Shown: positions 26,621 to 36,388 of the stretch, one piece after another
Numbering within the stretch: the first letter of the stretch is position 1
How the letters are laid out: each line of letters begins with the position of its first letter
Source: an uncultured Dehalococcoidales bacterium
GTDB taxonomy: Bacteria > Chloroflexota > Dehalococcoidia > Dehalococcoidales > UBA2162
Direction: 5' to 3'
Assembly (NCBI GenBank): GCA_964453525.1
Contig: CAYVOV010000009.1
Location: 64,686-128,685, forward strand
DNA: 64,000 bases
Translations under genes and position numbers: made by a program
The notes under the pieces: generated by a model
Seen by the model: the letters and a program-made list of their open reading frames with translations, nothing else
Told to the model about the DNA's origin: nothing
Databases searched by the model: none

Positions 26621-27604
26621 ATGAAAAAACGTGTTTTTTCAGGTATACAGCCGACAGGTAATATACACATCGGCAATTATCTGGGGGCTACGAAGCACTG
26701 GGCAGACAAGCAAGATAATTACGATAATATTTTCTGTATTGTCGATTTACATGCTATCACCATACCCCAGGACCCGAAGGTATTGAAAGCTAAAATACGC
26801 GAGGTAACCGGCCTGCTGTTAGCCGCCGGCATAGACACTGAGCGTTCTACGGTCTTTATACAGTCGCACATCAGCGCTCATGCTGAGCTAGCCTGGATTA
26901 TCAACTGCTTCACCCCTGTAGGATGGATGCAGCGGATGACTCAGTTCAAAGAGAAATCGCAGAGCCAGAAAGAAAATGTGAGTGTCGGCCTTTTCGATTA
27001 CCCCGCTTTGATGGCGGCTGATATTTTACTTTACGATACAGACGGCGTGCCGGTGGGCGAAGACCAGAAACAGCACGTGGAGTTAACCAGGGATATCGCG
27101 CAGCGTTTTAACTCTATTTACGGTGAGACTTTTGTATTGCCCGAGCCGTTAATCCCCGATATCGGAGCCCGCATTATGGGACTGGACGACCCGACGAAGA
27201 AAATGAGCAAGAGTGATTCAGCCTCGGGTCATGCCATCAATCTGCTGGATGCGCCGGATACTATCGGGAGTAAGATTTCACGCGCTACAACAGACTCACT
27301 CCGGGAAATTCGATTTGATGAGGGTAGGCCGGGAGTATGCAATCTGCTGGTTATTTATGAGCTTTTCACCGGCGATAGCAGGCAGGACATCGAGTCCCAC
27401 TTCGAAGGTAAGGGCTATGCCGACCTTAAGAAGGAGCTTACCGAGGTGGTGATAGAAGGACTTGCCCCGCTGCAGAAACGATACGCCGAACTTACTGCCG
27501 ACCATACCTACATTGATTCTCTGCTTACTGAAGGGGCAGATAAAGCCCGTCCGATGGCGGAAAAAACTCTGGCGCGTGTAAAAGAAAGAACAGGGCTGGG
27601 TTAG
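26621..27604 (+). CDS. trpS: tryptophan--tRNA ligase
   Basis: [16 protein letters not shown] (HIGH-type) and KMSKS motifs. Confidence 0.96.
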   Translation: MKKRVFSGIQPTGNIHIGNYLGATKHWADKQDNYDNIFCIVDLHAITIPQDPKVLKAKIREVTGLLLAAGIDTERSTVFIQSHISAHAELAWIINCFTPVGWMQRMTQFKEKSQSQKENVSVGLFDYPALMAADILLYDTDGVPVGEDQKQHVELTRDIAQRFNSIYGETFVLPEPLIPDIGARIMGLDDPTKKMSKSDSASGHAINLLDAPDTIGSKISRATTDSLREIRFDEGRPGVCNLLVIYELFTGDSRQDIESHFEGKGYADLKKELTEVVIEGLAPLQKRYAELTADHTYIDSLLTEGADKARPMAEKTLARVKERTGLG

Positions 27605-27650
27605 CCTGAGCTCCATTTCTCTTAACACTAGACCGGTGAGGTAAAACAGG

Positions 27651-28364
27651 TTGGAAGTGATACCGGCTATAGACCTCAGAGGTGGCAACTGCGTCAATCT
27701 GTACCAGGGCGATTACAGTAATGAGACCGTCTTCTCCGATGACCCGGTACAGATGGCTCTTCACTGGCAGTCGCTTGGAGCGCCCCGACTGCACATTGTC
27801 GACCTCGATGGCGCCGTTGCCGGTAAGCCGGGTAACCTTGACATCATAAACACACTTGCAGGAGCAATGATGATACCTACCCAGCTTGGCGGTGGCATCC
27901 GTTACATGGAGACGATAGAACAGTTTCTCAAGGCTGGTATTGAACGGGTTATCCTGGGCACGGCGGCCGTAGAAAACAGGGAGCTGGTCAGGGAAGCCTG
28001 CCGCAGGTACCGGGACTCCATTATGGTTGGGGTAGATACCAGGGATGGGATGATTACCGTGCGGGGATGGCAGGAAGAAACAAAGTTAAAAGGTATTGAC
28101 TTCGCCAGGAGGATGGCAGACCTGGGGGTAAAAAGATTTCTCTGCACCGACGTGGTTCGTACCGGAACCCTCACCGAGCCTAACTTCACCGCTATCTCCG
28201 AGCTTATTACCGAACTTAAGTTGCCGGTTATCGCTGCCGGTGGCGTCTCCTCGGTAGAGCACCTCAGAATGCTGAAAAAACTCGGCGCCGAGGGTGCTAT
28301 TATCGGTAAAGCCCTCTATACCGGAGACATCGACCTCAAAAAAGCGCTGGAGGCTGTTAGCTGA
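27651..28364 (+). CDS. hisA: ProFAR isomerase (HisA)
   Basis: VIPAIDLRGGNCV, LHIVDLDGA and GGGIR motifs. TTG start. Confidence 0.92.
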   Translation: MEVIPAIDLRGGNCVNLYQGDYSNETVFSDDPVQMALHWQSLGAPRLHIVDLDGAVAGKPGNLDIINTLAGAMMIPTQLGGGIRYMETIEQFLKAGIERVILGTAAVENRELVREACRRYRDSIMVGVDTRDGMITVRGWQEETKLKGIDFARRMADLGVKRFLCTDVVRTGTLTEPNFTAISELITELKLPVIAAGGVSSVEHLRMLKKLGAEGAIIGKALYTGDIDLKKALEAVS

Positions 28365-28546
28365 GGAAAACATCCGGCAGATAAGCTTTGCGCTCTAAAA
28401 AATATCCTGACATGGATGACGAGTATCAGCCAATGCTGAATACTTTCCCGGCAATGTTCAAGGATGCGGGTCTCAGTGTGGAATTGGAAGGAGTACAGGT
28501 GTACAGGAGAGATACTGACACTCCAGCGTGGCAGTGTATCTTCCGG

Positions 28547-29077
28547 TTAGATTTCCCTTCCGCGTTCCTTTGTAAAGTAGAGGACGAGGTCGTCATCAAC
28601 AGTTACTTCCTGCCCCGGTTTGACATGCTGTCCTTTGCAGAATAGTCCGAGTCCGTCCGGAACGTAGCCGCGCAGGATATACATACGCTGGGCGGCACCG
28701 TAGTCGGCATACAGTCCCACGCCGATACCTGCAATCGGCAACCGCTCAAATATCCGTTTCTCGGCCTCATCCACCAGAGCAGTGGCAATTCCGCGGCGCC
28801 GGAAATCAGGCAGGACTCTCAGGTCGTTTATCTCCGGTATACCTTTCTCAGCGAACGGCGGATAGTCCGACTGCCACTTGATAGTTACGTAACCGGTAAA
28901 ATCACCATCAGCGTAGGCGGCAAGAACGGTTCGTCCTCCTCTGTCCTGCTCAGCCAGAAAACGTTCCAAAAAGGATGCCGGAACATCCCAGACAGTATTG
29001 TCAAACGCCGCAGTGACACCGGGGATATCCTGAGCTTCGAGTAGCTTTATGTTAATATTCATGTACTTTTCATTCAT
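28547..29077 (-). CDS. GNAT family N-acetyltransferase
   Basis: DLRVLPDFRRRGIATALVDEAE is the acetyl-CoA binding motif (R/QxxGxA). Confidence 0.85.
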   Translation of the reverse strand: MNEKYMNINIKLLEAQDIPGVTAAFDNTVWDVPASFLERFLAEQDRGGRTVLAAYADGDFTGYVTIKWQSDYPPFAEKGIPEINDLRVLPDFRRRGIATALVDEAEKRIFERLPIAGIGVGLYADYGAAQRMYILRGYVPDGLGLFCKGQHVKPGQEVTVDDDLVLYFTKERGREI

Positions 29078-29149
29078 TGTCCGGTGTTGATACTTGCGCT
29101 TTATAATAACATCTTATAACATAACATCAGGCGTGTATCTATTACAATA

Positions 29150-29300
29150 AGGAGAGTGAAGAAGGGCGAAACTCCTCCACCAAGACCAATCTCCCCTTTT
29201 TTTAAAGGGGGATTTATAAAAAATCCCTCTCAGTCTCCTTCAGGATGAATCCCTTTACGAAAGGGAGAGGTACAAAAGGAATTTTATGGGCTGATAAACA
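29150..29300 (+). repeat. Rep-1 composite repeat (copy 4, degenerate)
   Basis: gaagaagggcgaaactcctccaccaagaccaatctcccctttttttaaagggggatttataaaaaatccctctcagtctccttcaggatgaatccctttacgaaagggagaggtacaaaaggaatttt. Confidence 0.85.
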
Positions 29301-29346
29301 TTGAGTTTCAAGATGGGTAAAGCCTTCTATAAAGAGGAACGAAAAG

Positions 29347-29667
29347 ATGGATGACATAATATTCGACGAAAAAGGGCTTGTCCCGGCGGTTATTCAGGAT
29401 ATTGATACCGGCGAGGTTTTAATGCTTGGCTTTATGAATAAAGAAGCGCTTGATAAAACACTGTCCGGTGAAGATGTATGGTTTTACAGTCGCAGTCGCC
29501 AGGAACTCTGGCACAAAGGTGAGACATCGGGAAATTACATCAAGGTGCGTGAGGTATGGAAAAACTGCGAGGATAATACCATCCTTGTGAAGGCCAAACC
29601 CACCGGCCCGGTATGCCACACCGGAAATAAGACCTGCTACTTCCGGCGGATAGACAGCAAAGAGTAG
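29347..29667 (+). CDS. hisI: phosphoribosyl-AMP cyclohydrolase
   Basis: LVPAVIQD...FYSRSRQELWHKGETSGN...DCD-type region...CHTG. Confidence 0.93.
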   Translation: MDDIIFDEKGLVPAVIQDIDTGEVLMLGFMNKEALDKTLSGEDVWFYSRSRQELWHKGETSGNYIKVREVWKNCEDNTILVKAKPTGPVCHTGNKTCYFRRIDSKE

Positions 29668-29678
29668 CTGATTAAATA

Positions 29679-30605
29679 TCAGTCGGAGCGTCCAATTATT
29701 TCTTCCGTCTGCTCTGCTTCCTCCGTGCCCTCAATGTCCATTACCCCTTTCAGAGCTGAAAGAGCAACATCCAGCTGGCTGTCATCGGGTTCTCTCGTCG
29801 TCAAAGATTGCAGCCATAGTCCGGGGGCGGAAGTAATCCTGACCAGTATATTGTCAGCATGCCGCCCGCTGAAATAAATGATTTCATAACCGATGGCGGC
29901 GATTACAGGGATAAGGACAATCCGTGAAAGTACCATCAACCATGCCGCGTGCAGACCGACCAGGGAAAAAACAATAATCGATATGATTACCACAACGAAT
30001 ATGAAGCTGGTGCCGCAGCGGACATGCGCCGTACTGTGTCTTTTGATTTTCTCTAGTTCCAGTGGCACATCCGCTTCATAGGCGTTTACCGTCTTATGTT
30101 CGGCACCGTGGTAGGAAAAAACTCGCCTTATATCCGGTACAAACGACATTGCAAAAAGGTAAATAATGAAAATAGCCACGCGGATAAGACCGTCCACCAG
30201 GTTGAATAGCAGGGATGACTCGATATTGAGAAGCCTGGTAAGAAACAGGGGCACCAGGAAGAACAGGACGACGGAGAAGGCGAGAGAAAAAAATACTACC
30301 AGCCAGGCAAGTTTCCCTGAAATCTCTTCCTCTTCTTCTTCAAGAGATATGTTTGCCGAGTAAAGCAGTGTCTTTATGCCGAGAACCAGGTTCTCAATCA
30401 TGAAAATAATACCCCGTAAAAAAGGTGCTTTTCTCACCCAGCCGGTATAAATGGTGGGTAGTGACTGTGTCTCAACCGTTATTTCACCACTGGGGCGGCG
30501 TACTGCAATGGCCATGGTGTCTCGTCCTCTCATCATTACACCTTCTATTACTGCCTGTCCGCCGTAGTAAAACTTTTTACTCAAGATTGACTCCCCCGAC
30601 AACAA
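29679..30605 (-). CDS. DUF1385 domain-containing membrane protein
   Basis: YGGQAVIEGVMMRG and YHGAEHKT motifs; multi-TM; adjacent to rpmE as in many genomes. Confidence 0.85.
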   Translation of the reverse strand: MLSGESILSKKFYYGGQAVIEGVMMRGRDTMAIAVRRPSGEITVETQSLPTIYTGWVRKAPFLRGIIFMIENLVLGIKTLLYSANISLEEEEEEISGKLAWLVVFFSLAFSVVLFFLVPLFLTRLLNIESSLLFNLVDGLIRVAIFIIYLFAMSFVPDIRRVFSYHGAEHKTVNAYEADVPLELEKIKRHSTAHVRCGTSFIFVVVIISIIVFSLVGLHAAWLMVLSRIVLIPVIAAIGYEIIYFSGRHADNILVRITSAPGLWLQSLTTREPDDSQLDVALSALKGVMDIEGTEEAEQTEEIIGRSD

Positions 30606-30665
30606 AACGGAGCGGCGTTGCCAAACCGCTCCTGCCTATTTATTTATGTTCTTCTGTGGTCCGCC

Positions 30666-30872
30666 TTAGTTTTCCAGCTTGTAGCGCCGCTTGAACCTCT
30701 CCACCCGTCCCGTTGTGTCCATCATCTTACGCTCGCCAGTGAAGAATGGATGGCACTGACTGCAGACCTCAACCTTCATTTCTTTCTTTGTGGCGCCGAC
30801 AGTAAAACTGTTCCCGCAGGCGCAAATTACTTTTGCATCTTTATAATATGTGGGATGAATTTTTTCCTTCAT
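30666..30872 (-). CDS. rpmE: 50S ribosomal protein L31
   Basis: [10 protein letters not shown]...[10 protein letters not shown]. Confidence 0.95.
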   Translation of the reverse strand: MKEKIHPTYYKDAKVICACGNSFTVGATKKEMKVEVCSQCHPFFTGERKMMDTTGRVERFKRRYKLEN

Positions 30873-30878
30873 AATTGT

Positions 30879-31133
30879 TCAGCCAGTGTAGACGCTGACC
30901 TTTCTCCTGTTATTACCCGCCGGCTCAAATTTAACGATGCCATCAATCAGGGCATAGAGGGTGTAGTCCCTGCCAACACCCACATTATTTCCGGGATGAA
31001 TTCGCGTACCCCGCTGCCGGACAAGTATTGTCCCGGCATTTACATTCTCCCCGGCATACCTCTTAACGCCGAGCCGTTTCGACTGGCTGTCCCGGCCATT
31101 TTTTGTACGACCGCCACCCTTCTTATGTGCCAC
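30879..31133 (-). CDS. rpmA: 50S ribosomal protein L27
   Basis: [24 protein letters not shown]...GNNVG.G.D.TL.A. Confidence 0.96.
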   Translation of the reverse strand: MAHKKGGGRTKNGRDSQSKRLGVKRYAGENVNAGTILVRQRGTRIHPGNNVGVGRDYTLYALIDGIVKFEPAGNNRRKVSVYTG

Positions 31134-31506
31134 TTTCCTTCACCTCTTTTTTACGTGACCTTGCCTTCTTTGCCGGCCCTTTCTGCACAGCCTCCGGTCC
31201 GATTATTTTGTCAATTGATAATCTTGTATAAAGCTGGCGGTGTCCCGTCTTCTTCCTGTAACGCACCTTGGGTTTATACTTGAAAACGATAACTTTTTTA
31301 CCTTTTCCGTTTCCCTGCGAGGTAGCGAGTACCTTTGCCCCTTCGATGGTTGGATTACCCACGGTCATGTTATCGTCATCGGCAATGAGTAATACTTTAT
31401 CGAACTCGAAGGTATTACCCTCAATTACATCAAGACGTTCTACATCAATAACCTGGCCGGAAGTTACCTTATACTGCTTGCCGCCGGTTTCAATAATTGC
31501 GTAAAT
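31123..31506 (-). CDS. rplU: 50S ribosomal protein L21 (apparent ATT start)
   Basis: The track ORF (31123..31368) lacks the conserved N-terminus. The in-frame upstream sequence encodes (I)[24 protein letters not shown], and GGAGGG lies 6 nt before ATT at 31506-31504. No ATG/GTG/TTG occurs between the upstream stop and residue 47. Confidence 0.85.
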   Translation of the reverse strand: MYAIIETGGKQYKVTSGQVIDVERLDVIEGNTFEFDKVLLIADDDNMTVGNPTIEGAKVLATSQGNGKGKKVIVFKYKPKVRYRKKTGHRQLYTRLSIDKIIGPEAVQKGPAKKARSRKKEVKESGT

Positions 31507-31602
31507 TTTATTCCCTCCAAAAGAAATATTCTATCAGTTGCTACGGCTGAGTGTCAAGCGTGTGTGACATTGGTTCTATTTGCATTTGGCTGTTTTTCTT
31601 TA

Positions 31603-31729
31603 CCTCACCCCTTGCCCCTCTCCGGCCCGAACCATTGAAAATTGTTGAAAAGCATTTAAGGCCGGAGAGGGGAGAAATATAGAGAGGGATAAAGGGGGTG
31701 ACAAATTTATACCAAACAAAACCGAACAG
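31603..31729 (+). repeat. 'Rep-4' composite repeat (short copy)
   Basis: cctcaccccttgcccctctccggcc...ggccggagagggg...agggggtgacaaatttataccaaacaaaaccgaacag. A longer copy lies at 45646-45856. Confidence 0.8.
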
Positions 31730-31830
31730 TATAGTAGATGTTTGAGGAATCCTTGGAGTACAAAAGGATTTTTATATATGGTCAAAGGTATCATTTATTA
31801 TAAGTGAGAGAGTGAGTTGTTGATTTTTTA

Positions 31831-31860
31831 TTGACATTGTTACATAAGTGTGCATAAAAT
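31831..31860 (+). promoter_or_regulatory. sigma70-like promoter candidate for the tubulin-like gene
   Basis: TTGACA-N18-TAAAAT, 28 nt upstream of ATG 31888. Confidence 0.4.
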
Positions 31861-31887
31861 GACGTAAAGTTATTGCCGAGGTGAAAA

Positions 31888-33063
31888 ATGAAATTAGTAG
31901 TTATAGGTCTGGGGCAGTGCGGAGGCAGGATTGCCGATGAATTTGCCCGACTGAATAAAAAAGCCATGAGCCAGCGTGGTATCGAGATAGTAACGGGCTG
32001 CTTTGCCGTTAATACCGATGCTGCTGACTTGAGCGGACTGACAAGTGTCAGACGTGATTACCAGCACAGAATCATCATCGGCGGTCGGAAGACTGGCGGT
32101 CACGGCGTTGGTAAAATCAACGAACTGGGCGCTGAGATTGCCAGAGATGACGCTGATAAAGTAATCGATGCTATCAGAACGACGAAGCGGTTCTATGAGA
32201 CAGACGCTTTCCTGCTGATAGCCAGTTCCGGCGGCGGTACCGGCTCCGGTTCGCTACCGGTGATGACACAGCACGTTAAGGAGCGCTACTCCGATAAACC
32301 GGTCTACGCTGCCATCGTTCTTCCTTTTGAACACGAGGAAACAACAGAAGAAAGAACGGTATATAACACCGCCACCTGTCTCAAGTCCACCTACTCGGTG
32401 GCTGACGCGGTATTCCTGATTGATAATCAGAGGTATATCAGGAAGGACTCCTCACTAAGTAACAATCTTCAGAAAATAAACGCCCTTATTGCCGAGCCGT
32501 TCTATGGAATCCTCTGTGCCGGTGAAGAGAAGAAACCGAAGTACATTGGGGCCAAGCTTCTCGATGCCGGCGATATCATGCAGACGGTAGTTGGCTGGAC
32601 GGTACTTGGTTACGGCTCTTCACAGTTGCCATTACTCAGGCTGCCGGGTGAGCGAACCCGCGATTTCAGGAAAAAAGGAAGCGAGACACAGAAAGGTATC
32701 ATGGCGATGGATGCGGCAATAAGTGAATTATCACTTTACTGTAATCCTGAGGACGCCAGGAGGGCCTTATATCTGATATCAGCTCCGTCACGGGAAATGA
32801 ATGTTGACCTGGTTAAAGAACTTGGCGATTACCTGAGAAGCATCGCCCCGAACGCCATTATCAGGAACGGTGACTATCCCAGGCAGAGAGGGGTGCTTGA
32901 TGTCAGCGTAATCCTGTCTGAGCTCAGTGATGTCGAGAAAATCAGGGGCTACTATACAAGGTCGACCACCCTTATCCCGGCAATGAAGAGGCGGCAGGAA
33001 GAAACCGTGGTCAAGCTCAAAGAAATCGAAGACACCTCAAAGGATGTCCCTTCGTTGCTGTAA
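31888..33063 (+). CDS. tubulin/FtsZ-superfamily GTPase (CetZ/tubulin-like, not canonical FtsZ)
   Basis: N-terminal VVIGLGQCGGRIADEF (T1 loop, tubulin-like QCG), SSGGGTGSGS (T4 signature), VFLIDNQRY (tubulin/CetZ-like DNxx). 391 aa. Confidence 0.85.
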   Translation: MKLVVIGLGQCGGRIADEFARLNKKAMSQRGIEIVTGCFAVNTDAADLSGLTSVRRDYQHRIIIGGRKTGGHGVGKINELGAEIARDDADKVIDAIRTTKRFYETDAFLLIASSGGGTGSGSLPVMTQHVKERYSDKPVYAAIVLPFEHEETTEERTVYNTATCLKSTYSVADAVFLIDNQRYIRKDSSLSNNLQKINALIAEPFYGILCAGEEKKPKYIGAKLLDAGDIMQTVVGWTVLGYGSSQLPLLRLPGERTRDFRKKGSETQKGIMAMDAAISELSLYCNPEDARRALYLISAPSREMNVDLVKELGDYLRSIAPNAIIRNGDYPRQRGVLDVSVILSELSDVEKIRGYYTRSTTLIPAMKRRQEETVVKLKEIEDTSKDVPSLL

Positions 33064-33084
33064 CTCGTATCATATTAAGCTGCT

Positions 33085-33125
33085 AGCCGGCTTTGCATAA
33101 GTATGCAAAGCCGGCTTTTTCTTTT
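33085..33125 (+). terminator. intrinsic terminator
   Basis: agccggctttgcat-aagt-atgcaaagccggct forms a perfect 14-bp stem, followed by ttttcttttc. Confidence 0.85.
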
Positions 33126-33349
33126 CTGAATAAATGAAATGATATCTCTGATATTTATCCTTTGTTCCTGAATAATGATTATTTATTACATATCCTTACC
33201 CCCTTAGGTTCACCAGTTAACAAGTAACGCGAGCAGCAGAGTTTGAGAGGGTTATATAATGGATGATAAACAGGTAAGATTGAGATGAAAAACGCTAAAA
33301 TTCTCTTTGGCAACAGGCATTTAATGGGGTATAATGGTGGCGAAAGAAA

Positions 33350-35029
33350 ATGACATCTCAGGTCTTTTATAGAAAATGGCGTTCCCAGACTTTGGCTGAA
33401 ATAGTGGGGCAGGAAGCTGTTACGCGGACACTCCATAACGCTCTTACCAGTGGAAGGATATCGCACGCCTATCTTTTCTGCGGTCCCCGGGGAACGGGAA
33501 AGACAAGCACCGCCCGCATCCTGGCTAAAGCGGTAAACTGCCTTACAAATGGTAACGGTGAACCCTGTAATAGCTGCGAGATGTGCCAGGCGATAACCGA
33601 GGTAAGAGCCCTTGACGTTATTGAAATTGACGCCGCCAGCAATACCGGGGTGGAAGATATAAGAAGCCTGCGCGAGAAGGTAAACTATGCTCCCAACCAG
33701 GCGCGCTACAAGGTCTATATAATTGACGAAGTCCATATGCTGAGTAACAGCGCCTCCAATGCTCTACTCAAGACTCTTGAAGAGCCGCCCCAGCATGTTA
33801 TTTTTATCCTGGCTACTACCGAAGCTCATAAAATACTGCCCACGATAATGTCTCGGTGCCAGCGTTTCGATTTCCGGCGTATACCTCTGGCAGACGTGAT
33901 TTCAAGATTGACCTATATCTGCCAGCAGGAAGGCATCAGAATAGAGCCTGAAGCCCTGCAGCTAATTGCCAGGAGTGCCACCGGCAGCCTGCGGGATGCG
34001 GAAAACATACTGGAAAGGTTGACTACATACTATGGCTCTGAAATCGGGCTTCAGCAGGTACAGGCTAATCTGGGTATTACCGGAGACTGGCGGGCCAGGG
34101 AGCTGGTTAAGCAGATAATCAGCAAGGATGTTTCCGCCGGAATCACAACAATAAACAGTGTCAACAGCGATGGCCTGGACTTGAAGCAGTTTAACCGGGA
34201 GCTCGTGGAATACCTCAGAAGCCTGCTGTTGATAAAGACTGGCTCTGAGGATGCTGTCGACCTCTCTGCCGATGATATCGCCGAACTGAAAAGTCTTGCC
34301 TCCGGCGCAACACTTGAGCAGATACTGCAGGCGACCAGGCTCTTCGGGCAGCTGGAACTCGGTTTTGACAACTATCCCACTCTGCCGCTGGAGATGGCGC
34401 TGGTCGACTGCGCCCTCGGCGTGGATAGTGAAAAAAGTCCTGCCGCTGGCAGGGAATACGAAAAGCCTCGTTTTCAGAAAGACACTGTGTCGCCTCCGGC
34501 ACAATCCCCATCAAAACAACCCGCAGAGAAACAGCCCGAAGCAGAATCCAGTCCGGAGGTTATACCTGCGCCGGAACCGGTAACTTCTGTGTCCGAACCT
34601 GAAGTAGCAGAGCCTGAACCGGCAATATCCGAAGAAGAACTGGCAGCGGCGGTACCGAAACCTAAGCCGGTAACGAATTCGGTCGGTGCAACGCCTCTGG
34701 AAGCCAATGGTACTATCGAACAGCTTAGAATGAACTGGAAAAAGGTAATCGAGCTGGCGCCGAAGGATACACAAAAGACGACGGCTATGGCAATTCTGCG
34801 TAGTGCTGGTGTTACGCCGGTGACAATTGAAAATGAGACTGTTTCACTGGCTTTCAGATACCCGCTTATTAAGGAACAGATTGAAAAGGCGGAAAACCAG
34901 AAGGTAGCGGAGAGAATAATCAGCAATTTCTTGGGTTATCCCTGCCGGGTTAAATGCGTTCTTGAAGATAATCACCTGCTGAAAGAAGCGTTAAAGATAG
35001 GCAAACATATTGATACGGAGGAGAAATGA
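33350..35029 (+). CDS. dnaX: DNA polymerase III subunit gamma/tau
   Basis: GPRGTGKTS (Walker A), CNSCEMC zinc module, IIDEVHMLS, SRCQRF. Confidence 0.95.
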   Translation: MTSQVFYRKWRSQTLAEIVGQEAVTRTLHNALTSGRISHAYLFCGPRGTGKTSTARILAKAVNCLTNGNGEPCNSCEMCQAITEVRALDVIEIDAASNTGVEDIRSLREKVNYAPNQARYKVYIIDEVHMLSNSASNALLKTLEEPPQHVIFILATTEAHKILPTIMSRCQRFDFRRIPLADVISRLTYICQQEGIRIEPEALQLIARSATGSLRDAENILERLTTYYGSEIGLQQVQANLGITGDWRARELVKQIISKDVSAGITTINSVNSDGLDLKQFNRELVEYLRSLLLIKTGSEDAVDLSADDIAELKSLASGATLEQILQATRLFGQLELGFDNYPTLPLEMALVDCALGVDSEKSPAAGREYEKPRFQKDTVSPPAQSPSKQPAEKQPEAESSPEVIPAPEPVTSVSEPEVAEPEPAISEEELAAAVPKPKPVTNSVGATPLEANGTIEQLRMNWKKVIELAPKDTQKTTAMAILRSAGVTPVTIENETVSLAFRYPLIKEQIEKAENQKVAERIISNFLGYPCRVKCVLEDNHLLKEALKIGKHIDTEEK

Positions 35030-35331
35030 ATTTTGACATGCTGAAGCAGGCCCAGCAGCTTAAATCGAAGCTTGACAAAGCTCAAAAAGAACTGGGCAAA
35101 ACGGTTATTGAAGCTGAATCGGGCAAAGGGGCGGTTAAAGTTACAGTAAACGGCCAGCAGAAAATACTCTCCATAAAAATATCTCCGGAAGTTATGGATC
35201 CTGATAAGCCGGAGGAGCTTGAGAAGCTGATAATGAAGGCGATAACCGAAGCCAATGATAAATCCCAGAAGCTGGCTGCCAGAGAATTGAAAGGACTGAC
35301 CGGCGGTTTAAAGATACCCGGACTCACCTGA
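35026..35331 (+). CDS. ybaB: YbaB/EbfC nucleoid-associated protein
   Basis: [19 protein letters not shown]...[11 protein letters not shown]. dnaX-ybaB-recR synteny. Confidence 0.9.
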   Translation: MNFDMLKQAQQLKSKLDKAQKELGKTVIEAESGKGAVKVTVNGQQKILSIKISPEVMDPDKPEELEKLIMKAITEANDKSQKLAARELKGLTGGLKIPGLT

Positions 35332-35360
35332 GGCAGGGGATAGTCCCTGGAGAAACAATA

Positions 35361-35972
35361 TTGAATGAAAACGTTTCACCAAATGCCGAACCGATAAACA
35401 GGCTTGTTCAGGAGCTCAATAAACTGCCGGGAATTGGACCGAAGAGCGCCCAGCGCCTTGCCTTCTACCTGCTTCGTGCTCCTGAAGAGTATGCTGGCCT
35501 ACTGGCGGAGGCTATAATTTCTGTAAAGCGGCAGATTAGCCTCTGCTCAATTTGCTACAACGTTACCGACTCCGACCCCTGCCGGATTTGCCGCAACGAT
35601 GAGCGCGACCGGACAAAGGTCTGCATTGTCGAGCAGCCACAGGATATTCTTGCCCTTGAACACACCCGGTTTTACAAAGGACTCTATCACGTGCTTCACG
35701 GGGCTATCTCGCCCACTGAAGGTGTGGGGACTGATGATATCAGGATAAAGGAGCTGCTGGAACGACTCAAGGACAGTCAGGTGGAAGAAGTGATACTGGC
35801 TACCAACACGAACCTCGAGGGAGAGCAGACCGCCATGTACCTGAACCGCCTGATTTCACCACTGGGCATCAAGGTTACCCGTCTTGCTCGCGGACTCCCC
35901 TTCGGTACGGAGCTTGAATACGCCGATGACGTTACCCTCACCCGCGCTCTCGAAGGCAGGTCGGAGTTTTAA
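35361..35972 (+). CDS. recR: recombination protein RecR
   Basis: [15 protein letters not shown]4 zinc finger (CSICYN...CRIC), Toprim. TTG start. Confidence 0.95.
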   Translation: MNENVSPNAEPINRLVQELNKLPGIGPKSAQRLAFYLLRAPEEYAGLLAEAIISVKRQISLCSICYNVTDSDPCRICRNDERDRTKVCIVEQPQDILALEHTRFYKGLYHVLHGAISPTEGVGTDDIRIKELLERLKDSQVEEVILATNTNLEGEQTAMYLNRLISPLGIKVTRLARGLPFGTELEYADDVTLTRALEGRSEF

Positions 35973-36134
35973 CCTTCCCAGATATTTTAAAAGGGAAATG
36001 TGAGTATTAATCCACTTTCTAGTAGAATAATTTAACCTAGTGGAATATCCAAAGGCAGGTTGAACTCGAATAGTTGTACAAGGATATGCATGGGTGAATC
36101 CCTGGGCAAGCAAGTTCCGGCACAGCGGGAAGTC

Positions 36135-36370
36135 TAAGAGGGGCTCCGCCCCCTCTTCTATGGCTATTTCTTCCTTCCCCTTGAGAAGGGGCCTTGCCTC
36201 AAAAGTCATTCTGGAGTCCGCCTCTGGCGGACGAAGAATCTCAGGGTGGGGAGTCAAGGTAATCCCCTCCTCCCTGAGACCCTTCGCTACGCTCCAGGGT
36301 GACAGGAACACACGACTTTTAGGGCAAGACTTTGGGAAGGGGAAGGGGGATACAGGGGGATAGGGTTCTA
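36135..36370. repeat. nested repeats: Rep-3 hairpins interrupted by 'gtcattctggag...agaatctcagggtgg' units
   Basis: taagaggggctccgccccctctt (36135-36157); gtcattctggagtccgcctctggcggacgaagaatctcagggtgggga (36205-36252); ccctgagacccttcgctacgctccagggtgac; ggggaagggggatacagggggatagggtt. Confidence 0.8.
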
Positions 36371-36388
36371 TAAATTAGGGGAGGCGAA

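Noticed and set aside
28388-28645. 85-aa ORF downstream of hisA.
   Set aside because: Its 3' half overlaps the C-terminus of the convergent, well-supported GNAT gene. It has a TTG start without an RBS and no recognisable motif.
33120-33349. SRP (4.5S/scRNA) gene, which often precedes dnaX.
   Set aside because: I could not find the conserved domain IV motif (…GGUCAGGUCCGGAAGGAAGCAGCC…-like) or a convincing long hairpin in this spacer.
34428-34440. A-run (gaaaaaagt) in dnaX as a possible -1 frameshift site making a gamma subunit.
   Set aside because: In the zero frame the heptamer is A-AAA-AGT, not the slippery A-AAA-AAG. The -1 frame also stays open for ~95 codons (ORF 34296..34583) instead of terminating quickly.
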